Shown: piece after piece, positions 35,101 through 47,100 of the stretch | How positions within the stretch are numbered: the first letter of the stretch is position 1 | Layout of the letters: each line of letters starts with the position of its first letter | DNA from: Amphiscolops sp. MND2022 | Lineage: Eukaryota | Assembly (NCBI GenBank): GCA_964187785.1 | Contig: OZ076409.1 | Location: forward strand, 35,714,001-35,774,000 | Length of the DNA: 60,000 nt | Direction: 5' to 3' | The notes under the pieces: generated by a model | Databases searched by the model: none | What the model saw: only the letters and a program-made list of their open reading frames with translations | What the model was told of the DNA's origin: nothing | Translations under genes and position numbers: made by a program

Positions 35101-38100
35101 TAATTAACATGAATAAAATGTTCAACTTTCATGTGCGATTCAAGTCACGATGATTTCATGTTTTTCTTTAGATCACCGGACAGCATTATGGAAATGATTT
35201 TGTATCACCTTTCGAATCCTTTGTCTGCAGAAACAATCAAAGTCCTATTCTAAGAAAGGAAACCTATTTGAAATGATTTGCGTCCATTGAAACGAGCTTT
35301 GAAAACAATTACCAAGTCAGGCGATGTTCATCTTTTCCTGTGAAGCGTACCGCCAGGAACCAAAGAACTGAGAGGTTTTCTCAAAGGTTTCATAGCTACC
35401 CAAGCGAATTTAATTTCCTTTGATTAGTTGGCCCCTCAATGCTCAAACTGAAAGCCAACTTCAGTAGACTTGAATTTGTGCTTTATTTTCAAGACCATAT
35501 TAAAGAGATACGCCCTATTTGTAACGCCCAGCTGTATCAAGGTCTGTTTCCATCCTATTCGTTTTTGGTTTCTATCGTTCCTTTTCTCGACATCAGAAGC
35601 AGTGTTCACTTTCGATTTTAAATAAAATATTTTACAGTACAGTGTTATGGACGTATAACCACCTCCATTTTTGTTCATCTAAAGGTCTTTACAAGAACAG
35701 TTCGTTATAAAGCCAAATTTAAGTGAATTGGTTCTAACTTTGACCGTCATAAAACAAAATGTGATAATTTTCTGTACTTGCGACGAATTTTCCATCGGAT
35801 AAGTTTCGGCGAGTTGCTTTTCGACAAGTTTCGATAAGTTTTGATCAGTTGTTTTCGACCAGTTTTTGACGAGTTTTCCTAGGTTCATTCAAAGAAATAT
35901 TTTGAACAATTTTGTGTTTTTATGGCGGTCAAAATAAGAACCAATTAACTTAAATTTGGCTTTCAAACGATTTCTTTATAACGACAAAAATTGTTCAAAA
36001 ATTTCTTCAAGGACTACTTTGAATGAATTTAGGAAAACTCGTCAAAAACTGGTCGAAAACAACTGATCAAAAATAATCAAAACTCGTCGAAAAGCAACTC
36101 GCCGAAAGTTATCCGATGAAAAATTCGTCGCAAGTAAAGAAAATTATCTCAGTGTGTTGTATGGCGGTCAATGTAAGAACCAATTCACTTAAATTTGGCC
36201 TTACACGGCTTCTTTAGAAAAAACACTATAATTCCCAAAATAGTGCATGTTATAAAATTGAAACATAAACTTATTGAGGGTAGCGTATTACAAATTTTAA
36301 GAATTTTATACAGACAGTCACATAAAATCATAATTAACACATAATTAGCTAAATCTAAAGTTTGTCCAAGAACCCTTTCCATAAGATTCAACTGATTGTT
36401 CGAATTGTTCTTTATAACGAATTGTTCTGGAAATGACCTTCAGATGAAAAAAAATGCAAGTCGTTATACGGGCATACCATTGTACTATAAAACATTTTAT
36501 TTAAAATAGGCCCCTCCGGGGCTCAGTACTATTTCTGCTTTAATCTTTATTTTTTTGAAACAAAAAAATCATTAATAAAAGAATCATATCTGGAATACCA
36601 ATACACTCTTGTTTAATCATTATTCAGGCACAATTACATGTAATCACTGTACAAGTTTACACCGCCTTTAAATCTTCTCGGACTAAAGAAAATATAACTA
36701 CTAAGCGTAGACGAAGTTTCGCATTCGCATTTGAATGCAGGCGAAGCTCTCCGAGAACGAATAATTAACACTCATTCGCTTCATCTCAATAACTCGGGGC
36801 AACGAAAGCACAATTACGAACATTCTCTTGCTCCATCTCAATGACGTCAGCATACAAATGGATAATTACCACTAGCTCGTTCCATCGCACTAGAATTGAA
36901 TTTAAATCTCTCGCTTACACTCACTGCCGAACAAAATATCTGAATTATTCAGTTGGTCCGAAAAATTGTTCTGAAAAAAAGTAGACGCTTCCAGATTTCA
37001 ATAAAATTCCTGCTAAAGCAGAAATATTAAAAATCAACAGTCAGCACTGCCTCTGTTTTTTGAAGAACCCTTTGTGATTTTTTACCATCCAATCTGTTGC
37101 AAAATATCAACAAAAGTAAATCGGACCCTTTAGTCTCGTCCGGTTTTGCATGTTACGCTGAAAAAGAAAAACTTAACAGTTGTTCCCTGGGCCAAATGGT
37201 ACATTTTGCGTCTTAAAATTCTAAAAAACTTGCAGAACTATTTCGGTCAGTTCGTGTGGATTGAAAAAAGACCCCATGTAGTTTCAAGGAGACTAAAACT
37301 GTGAAATACTCCAAGGGAGTAACCTTTAGCCTCTTTGTGTACCCTTTAGTTCTTAGGCGTGAAGCCTGTAAAAAAGGGCCTTTCAATAAGTTAAGCGACC
37401 TTTAGAACAGAAAACTAGCAACTGTAATAGTCGGAACACATCCTAAAAATACGCCGACTAAAAACATCAAAATAGAAGTAAAAATAGGAAGTGCCGAAAA
37501 ATGCCCAAACGGAACTTTTTCTTTTCGAAAAACGTTTTCTCCAACTGGAGGCATTGAAAAAACCAAATTGGCGGAAGATCTTCTGAAAAACAGTTCCTGG
37601 AAAAATCGCACATCAACAAAAAACCTAAAAAGGAACAACCCTTTCAGCTCTTGAAACGTATTACCGTAACAGAAAACATTTAAAAAACGAAGATGGACGA
37701 CATTTTGGTGGAATGAAAAATTTCAAAAAAGTCACAGTACCTAGAACAAGACAGGAGCGGCCCAAATCGGCGCCATATCTAAGGCTCAAAAATAGCAAAG
37801 GACTTCAAAGTGTCAAAGTATTCTCTTCTACAGTACCTGAAAAACCCAAAAAAGGACCTTTTCGCGTTTTTTAACATCCATTTTCGCAAAACATCAAAAG
37901 ATTGAGGGGGGGACCCGTCGGGGAATTTTTTCCGAAAAAAATTCTCACAAAGCCGAAAAACTGAAAGGAGGGACCCTTCAGTCTCTCCCGGTACTGTAAG
38001 TTACGCGGAAAAAGAGGGAAAACCTTTTTGGTTCAGTTCGCAAAGCCAAGTGATTCAATTTGGGACCATAAAATTTCGCAGAACTTTTAAGAACTATGTT

Positions 38101-41100
38101 GGCCAGTTCGTGTGGATTGAAAAAAGACACTCTTATAGTCGCGTGTCACTTCATGAAGTGCCAACTGGAAAGCGATATTATGCGTGAAAGTGGAAATTTC
38201 ACACATCAATTAAGGAAAATTAATACATTAGCACTGGGTAGTTCCTGCGGGTAATCTATAATCATTCGACAAGTTTGCTCTCAATTAATTTTCGACCAGT
38301 TTTCCGCTGTCACATTTCTACGAATTGCATTCGGCGAGTTTTTTGCGACATATTTTCCGCATACCACTTTGATTTTGTCAATCAGCTCCAGCAAAAATAA
38401 ATTTTACCGGTTGATGAAAAAATTTACGAACAACAAATTGTACAGTTCCTCGGGAATTTTGTCGGTGTAAAAACAGATCGAATATGAAAAAAATTGGTAC
38501 CTTTAGACATTACGAAGGTCTTCAACCCAATGGTCGCTATGAAAACAGGTCCCTGTAGGTGCAGTTGTGTTGGGGCACTCTATTGTACATAAGGTCTAAA
38601 ATCTATATCGAGGATACCACTAGCTAGGACTTGAAAATTAGGGTGGTTTCACAAAATATAGTTGGAGACAAAACCTACCATTTACAACCACGAGACTTCC
38701 GGGACAAATTTTTTGGCGACATGCTAACAACAAGCCGAGAACGGCCAAAGTCGGCGCTATATCTAAGGCTCAAAAATAGCAAAAGGACTTCAAAGTGTCA
38801 AAGTATTCTCTTCTACAGTACCTGAAAAACCCAAAAAAAGGACCTTTTCGCGTTTTTTAACATCCATTCTTGCAAAACCTCAAAAGATTGAAGGGGACCC
38901 GTTGGGGAAATTTTTCCGAAAAAAGTCTCACAAAGCCGAAAAACTGAAAGGAGGGAGCCTTCAGTCTCTCCCGGTATTGTATGTTACGCGGAAAAAGAGG
39001 GAAAACCTTTTTGGTTCAGTTCGCAAAGCCAAGTGATTCAATTTGGGACCATAAAATTTCGCAGAACTTTTAAGAACTATGTTGGCCAGTTCGTGTGGAT
39101 TGAAAAAAGACACTCTTATAGTCGCGTGTCACTTCATGAAGCGCCAACTGAAAAGCGATATTATGCGTGAAAGTGGAAATTTCACACATCAATTAAGGAA
39201 AATTAATACATTAGCACTGGGTAGTTCCTGTGGGTAATCTATAATCATTCGACAAGTTTGCACTCAATTAATATTCGACCAGTTTTCCGCTGTCACATTT
39301 CTACGAATTGCATTCGGCGAGTTTTTTGCGACAAGTTTTCCGCATACCACTTTGATTTTGTCAATCAGCCCCAGCAAAAATAACTTTTACCGGTTGATGA
39401 AAAAATTTACGAACAACAAATTGTACCGTTCATCGGGAATTTTGTCGGTGTAAAAACAGATCGAATATGAAAAAAATTGGTACCTTTAGACATTACGAAG
39501 GTCTTCAACCCAATGGTCGCTATGAAAACAGGTCCCTGTAGGTGCAGTTGTGTTGGAGCACTCTATTGTACATAAGGTTTAAAATCTATATCGAGGATAC
39601 CACTAGCTAAGACTTGAAAATTAGGGTGGTTTCACAAAATATAGTTGGAGACAAAACTTACCATTTACAACCACGAGACTTCCGGGACAAATTTTTTGGC
39701 GACATGCTAACAACAAGCCGAGAACGGCCAAAGTCGGCGCTATATCTAAGGCTCAAAAATAGCAAAAGGACTTCAAAGTGTCAAAGTATTCTCTTCTACA
39801 GTACCTGAAAAACCCAAAAAAAAAGGACCTTTTCGCGTTTTTTAACATCCATTCTTGCAAAACCTCAAAAGATTGAAGGGGACCCGTTGGGGAAATTTTT
39901 CCGAAAAAAGTCTCACAAAGCCGAAAAACTGAAAGGAGGGAGCCTTCAGTCTCTCCCGGTATTGTATGTTACGCGGAAAAAGAGGGAAAACCTTTTTGGT
40001 TCAGTTCGCAAAGCCAAGTGATTCAATTTGGGACCATAAAATTTCGCAGAACTTTTAAGAACTATGTTGGCCAGTTCGTGTGGATTGAAAAAAGACACTC
40101 TTATAGTCGCGTGTCACTTCATGAAGCGCCAACTGAAAAGCGATATTATGCGTGAAAGTGGAAATTTCACACATCAATTAAGGAAAATTAATACATTAGC
40201 ACTGGGTAGTTCCTGTGGGTAATCTATAATCATTCGACAAGTTTGCACTCAATTAATATTCGACCAGTTTTCCGCTGTCACATTTCTACGAATTGCATTC
40301 GGCGAGTTTTTTGCGACAAGTTTTCCGCATACCACTTTGATTTTGTCAATCAGCCCCAGCAAAAATAACTTTTACCGGTTGATGAAAAAATTTACGAACA
40401 ACAAATTGTACCGTTCATCGGGAATTTTGTCGGTGTAAAAACAGATCGAATATGAAAAAAATTGGTACCTTTAGACATTACGAAGGTCTTCAACCCAATG
40501 GTCGCTATGAAAACAGGTCCCTGTAGGTGCAGTTGTGTTGGAGCACTCTATTGTACATAAGGTTTAAAATCTATATCGAGGATACCACTAGCTAAGACTT
40601 GAAAATTAGGGTGGTTTCACAAAATATAGTTGGAGACGAAATTTACCATTTACAACCACGAGACTTCCGGGACAAATTTTTTGGCGACATGCTAACAACA
40701 AGCCGAGAACGGCCAAAGTCGGCGCTATATCTAAGGCTCAAAATTGTAAAAGGGGAGGCCCTTCGAGCTTTGTGAAACTCCAGCTGGCTACAAAATATGA
40801 AAAAAAATTGAGGGGAACCCTTTGGGTACTTGAAAAAAATTCCCATAAAATTTTAAAACTGAGATTTTTGAACAGTGTCACAGTGCCGAAAAATGTACAC
40901 AGAGGCGAAGCGGTGCTTCGCAACACATGACGAAGACATCGATTATTTTAAAGATAGCTCTACGTTGTATATATATTAAAGATAGCTCTACGTTGTATAT
41001 ATATTAAAGATAGCTCTACGTTGTATATATATTAAAGATAGCTCTACGTTGTATATATATAAATCGTACATATTCAATCGCATGCGTATATATTCAACAG

Positions 41101-44100
41101 TTCAACTTTGTTCAATAACGTCCCTATGGCACAGTGGTCAACGCTTATGCCGTGCAATCGGGAGGCTGCAGGTTCGAATCTCTCTGGGGTTTTGGCTCTT
41201 TTCTAAAAGGCGCTCATTATCAAGTTGACTATTGTGGAAAAAAAACTTCTTTAGCTGGACTGCAATGCACATTGACTTCGTCATGTGCAAAAAGGGGGGA
41301 ACCTTTGGGATTTTTTGACATCCATTGTGTTGCAAAATGTCGAAACAAATGAAGGGGGACCCTTTGGTGCAATCCAAAAAGTTTCAAAAAAAGCCGCATA
41401 GTGCCTGGACGTCTGTTTCGTTTCTTCTTTTCGTTTTGGACGCACTTTTGAGGTTTGACGTTGTTGAAATGAACAAAAAAGTGGACCTTACGCGTCTAAA
41501 AAAACTACCCACTGTAAGAGTCGGGCACATTTTCTACTAAAATGCGCCGACTAAAAATGGTTGAAAAACAGACGAAAAACATTTCAAAAATTGAAGTTTC
41601 AGGAACTTTTTCCTTGAAAGGACGGAGACACTTTCTATGAGCGTTTAGAAAAATTGAGGAAACGTTCAAAATATACGAAAAGCTCAAAAAACGCCAAGAA
41701 TTTGGCAATTTTTAGACACGTTTCTCAAAATTCTCCATGAATAATAGGCCCCTGCGGGGCACAGTAATATTTCTGCTTTTAGGCTTTCATGTTCAATAAT
41801 AGAAGCATATCTTAATCATTTATATACCGCACAATTAACCACTCTACCAGTTTACACCGCCGTTAATTCTTCTCGGACTAAAGAAAATATAACTACTGCG
41901 TGTAGATGCAGTTTCGCCTGCGCATTTGAATGCAGGCGAAGCTCTCGGCGAACGAATAATTAACACTCGTTTGCCACTATGAATTCGGCGCACGAAAGCA
42001 TAATTACCACTCACTCGTTCCATCGCACGAAAAACGATTTGTTGTCGGCAACTTGAGAAAATTAATTCTCACGCTTACCACTCACTGCCAAACAAATTGT
42101 CTAAAATTTTCAGTAGGTACTCGAAATCACGACGAAAATTGAACTGAAAAAAGTCGAATTGTTGATATGTGAATATTATTCCAGCTGTCGCAGAAACAAT
42201 GATGATTACGTTACAAAACCTTTTTTCTCGCCGTTGAACTCCGTGGAATGAGCTCGGTATTTGGACTGTAGAAAACAGGCCCCATACAGAGCCCAGTAAT
42301 ATTTCTGCTTCAACTATGAAGTGTCGAAAATGCCCAAACGGAACTTTTTCTTTTCGAAAAACGCTTTTCTCCAACTGGAAGCATTGAAAAAACCAATTGG
42401 CGGAAGATCTTCTGAAAAACAGTTCGTGGAAAAAATCGCACATCACCAAAAAAACCTAGAAGGGAACGACCCTTTAAGCTCTTGAAACGTATTACCGTAA
42501 CAGAAAACATTTAAAAAACGAAGATGGACATTTCGGTGGAATGAAAAATTTCAAAAAAGTCACAGTACCTACAACAAGCCGGGAGCGGCCCAAATCGACG
42601 CTATATCTAAGGCTCAAAAATAGCAAAAGGACTTCAAAGTGTCAAAGTATTCTCCTTCTACAGTACCTGAAAAAAACCCAAAAAAGGGACCTTTTCGCGT
42701 TTTTTAACATCCATTCTTGCAAAACATCAAAAAATTGAAGGGGGACCCGTTGGGGAATTTTTTCCAAAAAAAGTCTCACAAAGCCGAAAAACTGAAAGGA
42801 GGGACCCTTCAGTCTCTCCCGGTATTGTATGTTACGCGGAAAAGGAGGGAAAACCTTTTTGGTTCAGTTCGCAAAGCCCAGTGATTCAATGTGGGACGAT
42901 AAAATTTCGCAAAACTTTCAAGAACTATTTTGGTCAGTTCGTGTGGATTGAAAAACAAAAAGGCACTATAATAGTCGCGTTTCACTTCATGAAGCGCCAA
43001 CTGAAAACCAAAAGGTAGGACCCTTCGATCCCCCATGTAGTTTCGAGGAGACTGTTAAACTGTGAAATACTCCAAGGGAGTAACCTTTAGCCTCTTTGTG
43101 TACCCTTTAGTTCTTAGGCGTGAAGCCTGTAAAAAAGGGCCTTTCAATAAGTTAAGTGACCTTTAGAACAGAAAACTAGGGAACTGTAATAGTCGGAACA
43201 CATCCTATAAATACGCACACTAAAAACATGCCAAAATAGAAGTAAAAAGCACAGTGATAAGCGTTATTTCGACGTTGAGATCAATTGATGTTCTAAATCA
43301 AGAAAATGTCCAAAAACTTTCGTAAAACGCGACTAAATTGTAAAAATTTAAAACATTTTGGGATCATTTCGCGGCACTTTTCTATCAAGAAGTTACTTTG
43401 TTGCGGACAAATACACCGAATAGCTCGTTCATTCGGCTCTGAACTTTTTTGGATATTGTTACAGACGAAAAAACTACAGAAATAGCATGAAAGAGGTCAA
43501 AATTTGAAAAAAAAATCGACTACTTTTGGGGTCATAACCAAAAAAGTCCAAAAATCTGTACAAATACATATTGTACATATCGCACGAAATTTATTTTATG
43601 GTAGCTGAATTCTGGAAACAAAATTCTATGAATTGGGGACAAAAATTGGAACATTTGGGAAAAAATTTGGAGCAAATTTGGAGGAAATAACGAGTTAGTA
43701 ATTTTCATATGCATTATAGAAATATGAGCGGAAAACAATACATCGGTATGGGAAAACAGCATTGATAACGATACATTCAATCAACTTAGCAAATGTTTAA
43801 GATGTAGACAATGAAGGTGCTAACATTGACTTGAAACTTGCAAAATACCAACATTGCTCATTATTTCAACAGACCATACATGCATGTCTTCATACAGACA
43901 TATATGTGTGATCCGGGGTATTAGTTTGTAAATTGGACGTGCCCGCAATCAGAGCGGAAATAGTGCAAAACAAATAAGTGCCTGTAACCATCGACGAGTC
44001 ACATATCTTGCAACAATTTGCGCACTTATTTGATTTCAGTGATTTATCACTGCTTCACAATCTAGGTTCAAGTCCAGGAGCAAAGAAACAGCACAGACAG

Positions 44101-47100
44101 AGGAGCAACCGCCACAACACGAATTAGCCTTACATGACAACTGTTGCAACCGCCATACTAGGTGAAGAATGTATTATGCGGACAGACAAAAGAGGGGAAA
44201 GCGTAACTAAAATGCGAGTAAAACGTGATTAGTTCAAGTTCCTCCCCAGAGGTAGATAGTTCAACGGCTCAAGATTGTTGAGACGGTGGTGACGACAGAC
44301 ACAAGACAGAAAAACAAAGGAGTAGCTAGCGTTCCCGGCATAATTGAGCCCAGAGACACATATGCGTGTATTTCAAGTGATAGAGGCTTACAACCTCAAG
44401 TTATTATTGCTACCAACGAACAGGGCGCTAAAATTTCAAGAGCCAAGTCACGTGACGGATCAATAAGAAAACATGGGTGTACAAGGTATTGATTAAATGG
44501 TACACTTGAGCAGCCAGTCACGGAGGATCAGGATCAGAGAGGAATACAATTTTATTATGCAACACCCTGGACCATGTGCAATTTTATAGTAGAGTACAGC
44601 GAAAAAAGAACCCCAACACGCGTATCGACGGAGTTTTCACAATTGATTGATTATTTATAACAGCAGTACTTACCGTCCACTTTTTACGACCACCTAAGTT
44701 CTACAGCATTGACAAAAGTTACAGAGCATAGATTATTCAGAGTGCTTTAAAACCGACTGATTTAATTTGTAGATGATACCTCAATGAAAAACACTCTATC
44801 GCTATGGCATGACATCATTTAGTTTCAAAATGGTTTGAAAAACTTTGACTTTCCCAAGGCCATATTCTAGTATCTTCGCCAATTAAGAAAATGTCGAAAA
44901 CCTATTTAATATTGAAAAGTTTCAGTACTTTCAGGGAGCATAAACTAACATTTTCAATACTGATAACAACAAGTGTTTCTCGAAAAAGGAAGATGGCAAA
45001 CAGTCGAAGTAACAACTATAACAACGGTAGTAATAATGCTTGATTTGTTACCTTTCTACATTAAGTTCGTGCAGAAGAGGCTCCATCCAGCCGTCGGAAA
45101 CCTCTATGTGGGCGTCAAGAAAGATGATGACTGGCGTGTCTGCCATGGCGGAGCCCTTTAACCGGCCCCTGATGAGCCCAGTCCTGCTGGGCATCCTGTA
45201 GATACGTGTGGGAAAGTTGAACTTGTGTGTCAAAAAGGCATCTAGCGGCTCTTTCAGGTGATCTACGAAACAAATCAACATGTCCTTCGTTAACAAAAGA
45301 ACAAGTTCTCAATGTCTTAATCAGAGCCCAGCAGAAAGCCAAATGAATAGTGCAAAATAAACGAATCGCCCAAAGACACTTTCTGAAAAATCCTTAAAAA
45401 TCTTAGTGCCAAAAAACATTTGAAGGGAGGTCTTAAAAGGGCTCTTTCTAGCAGAAAATATTAGAAAAACAAAAAGGGAGCGTTTTTTTCAGATAAGATT
45501 TGAGAAACTGCACACATGAAAAAACCCAAAGGCTATCTTCACAGCCATAATATTTTGCAATTCAAATGTGAAAAAAATGAAGGGAGCCTTTGAACCCTTA
45601 TGGTCCCCATTAGGTTTTAAACTTGTTGAAAACTTTTAACCGGATTGAAAAAATATAAAATGTACAACCGAAAAGCCATTATAAAGATCACGCTATATTT
45701 CACATTGATTAAAAAATGAAGCTCATCGAATGAAAGCTTCAGAATTCTTTTCCGAATAACTTTCATTGCAGCATCTACAAAAAATGAGATGAATGCAACA
45801 GAGACCATATATCATATTGCAGCAGAAAAGATTTCCTCACAAACAAAGTGATGTTTGTCCGCAATACAAGTTTTTGTTATTTCAACTATTTGCATTAACC
45901 CAATACTTGATAACTAAACATGTGTAACGTTTTGTCACAAGAACATATCCACCATAACGCTAAAAATAGTAAGAGTAGGACGATAGACCCAAATTTCTCG
46001 TGACATCAAAGAGTTTGAAAGGGGCCCGTTTCAAGTCGGGCGTCTTTATTGAAAGCGACCACAAACTAGGCGAAGGTCCAACAAATGTATCACCAGAGTA
46101 ACTTCTTTCAGTTGACCTGCATTTTCCCCAATCAGATTACGTCACAGAATGTTTGATCACATGTGACTGACTTACCTCTTTCGCTTGCGTCATCGATGAG
46201 AATGATTTCCTTAAGCAAAGAATGTGGAGTCCTGTTGGCGATACTGTAGAGACTTCTGATTAGTGTAGACCACGCCTCGTTGTGAAAAACTATGATTATT
46301 GTTGTCAAGGGCAGATTTTTGATGTCATATTTCCTGGCTCGGCAACTGAAATACAAACACGGTAATCTCGAAACAAATCATATATCAAACTAGACGGCTG
46401 CTCAAAACGGATAATTTGTTACCAAAACCAACACTACTTTTAGAGTTCAAAAACAAAGAAAAATTTGACTTCAATAGGATTCACATGATACGAGTAAAGC
46501 GAACAAAGTTTTCATCGGCGGCTCTAGAGATTCACAGAGCCAAAATTTGAAGTGAATGGTGGCTTTATGGCTTTCCTTACACTAAAAATCAGTTAATAAT
46601 AGTGGAAAAATTGACAAGTAGGCAAATCAAATAAAGTACTGACTGAGAATTTCTGTAGTCCGGCAAAGTTCTGTTGGGCGATATTCTGTCACTGGCAACG
46701 ACGTTGAACTGGTTTTCTTTGAACCTTTCTTTAGCCAGCTGTTCGTCCATGGCACCGAGGACTACAGCTTTACCTCCCTCTCCGGGTCCATCGGGGAAGG
46801 AAGAGACCAACTTCTCCCAGAAACCTAATGGCACAAAATAGGACGTTGCTAGTTTTAGTACCGACTTGTACCGATAAACGAGGTCCCAAACAAACAAAAA
46901 CTGAATACTTCTCAGCACGACTAACACCCACTCATATATTGAGTATTTTAAACATTCAAATTTAGCACAAATAAGTACTCAAAACTCTCAAATTAAACTT
47001 TCAAATGCTCATCGTTTTAGCTAAATATTTAAAATAGCCTTCCCAATAAATACTTTCCGTAAATGCCCATGTGTATGATGTGTAAATACACACAAGTATA

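Larger units (their letters stand above)
40897..41290 (-). mobile_element. Helentron-like element, family 3, with 28-bp minisatellite and tRNA-like cassette
   Basis: Subterminal inverted repeat CACATGACGAAG (40924-40935) / CTTCGTCATGTG (41276-41287); terminal hairpin 41266-41289; near-identical 3' stem-loop to family 2; removing it restores the host motif GCCGAAAAATGT|AAAGGGGGG. Confidence 0.7.
40697..41557 (-). mobile_element. Helentron-like element, family 1 (host of nested family-3 element)
   Basis: GCGCCGACTAAAAA at 41544-41557 and AACAAGCCGAGAACGGCCAAAGTCGGCGC at 40697. Confidence 0.6.

Noticed and set aside
40949..41060. 28-bp repeats as a CRISPR array
   Set aside because: Head-to-tail with no spacers, no cas genes, eukaryotic intron context.
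44674..44700. Possible poison exon (ctgtag|27 nt|gtaagt) with an in-frame TAG
   Set aside because: Strong donor but weak acceptor tract and no other support; would need NMD-inhibited RNA-seq.
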